DNA from: Heterodontus francisci
Lineage: Eukaryota
Assembly (NCBI RefSeq): GCF_036365525.1
Contig: NW_027140453.1
Span: 992,001 to 1,056,000 of the forward strand
Reading direction: 5' to 3'
Length of the DNA stretch: 64,000 bases
Positions 63,279 to 64,000 of this stretch are shown here, piece by piece. Every line of letters begins with the position of its first letter. The stretch's first letter is position 1. The position numbers and the translations under genes were made by a program. A model generated the notes under the pieces. The model was not told the DNA's origin. It ran no database searches and was given only the letters and a program-made list of their open reading frames with translations.

Positions 63279-63672
63279 ATGACAGAAAGTTAAAGGTAAA
63301 ACCAAGGGTAATCCATAGAACAAAGAAAGGGAAAGAGTGAGAGAAAGAGAGAGAGAGAGGAAAGCAGACAGGGACAGGGAGAATGAGAAACGGACAAAAG
63401 GAGAGTCAGACTAGAAAAAGAAAGAAAAAAGAGGATAGGGAGAGAGAAAGTGTGAAAAAGATAGGAAGAAAAAGAGAGAGATAGACCGAGTGATATATAA
63501 ACCGATGCAGAGAGAATCTACACAGCCAAACGGTGTTAATAAACCTCGGAGGGGGTTAAACCCCAAAGGGGACATTCGGGGAAGGATCAGTGAGGATCAC
63601 TGACATCTCCCAGTTCAGTTCCACCTTACCCCTTAACACCAGCAACACAACCCAGAGGTGAGACACAGTCAT
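62774..63672 (-). CDS. TRBV: V-beta gene C (TRBV30-like, CAWS): leader 63672-63630, V exon 63072-62774
   Basis: Leader MTVSHLWVVLLVLR; V VLIQQIP...GSPVSIEC...FHWYRW...LFYS...SAVYYCAWSL; CACAGTG-23-ACAAAAACC (62773-62735). Confidence 0.95.
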
Positions 63673-64000
63673 CTCTGGAGGGAGACAGATCCATGTGTTC
63701 ATTGTGTGAAATCACTGAGCTGTTTTTTTGCAGAATATCTCAATGTTCTGAGTGGGATTTACTGTCCCCTCCTCCCCACTGTTAAATGGTCGTATGGGAG
63801 GAGCAAATCTCTTTGTACTTGTTCATTGCCTCCCACAAGGGGACTGTACTTTTCTGGGGCGGGGTTAAACCAGGACCTGAGTAATCGGCCGGGCTGTGTC
63901 CTCCCATTGATGGCGGGGTCTGGAGTTACTTTAAAACTGCAGCAACTCAGAGGATCCCTCTGAGATAGCAGTGATGTGAGGGAGTGAGGTAAGGGGAGTT

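Overview
Vertebrate genomic DNA from a cartilaginous fish, most likely a shark. The species call is inferred from HE1-type and Deu-domain-type SINEs, CR1 LINEs and a shark-type TCR-beta C sequence. The window holds the 3' end of the T-cell receptor beta locus on the minus strand. From right to left it has three V genes of three different families, each with a leader exon and 23-RSS; D1 followed by 10 J; D2 followed by 18 J; and one intact 4-exon C-beta gene (22440->19301). About 8 kb beyond the C-beta stop, on the plus strand and tail-to-tail with it, lies a second D-J-C cassette that the ORF track does not show. It has a 12/23-RSS-flanked D (2373-2386), a 12-RSS J (2655-2703) and a 4-exon C-beta-like gene (6167-11485). 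Its C domain is only about one-third identical (by eye) to the canonical C-beta and carries a few frameshifts and one stop, which suggests a recently decayed or mis-assembled, anciently diverged second TCR-beta-like chain. Other points are a donor-less J that reads in frame into C-beta, a TRBV30-like (CAWS) V gene, opposed CTCF-like motifs between V and D, candidate enhancers between the two C genes, and a SINE-derived element conserved behind both D segments. The rest is GA-rich simple sequence, minisatellites, LINE/SINE fragments and assembly gaps. All coordinates and translations were read by hand.
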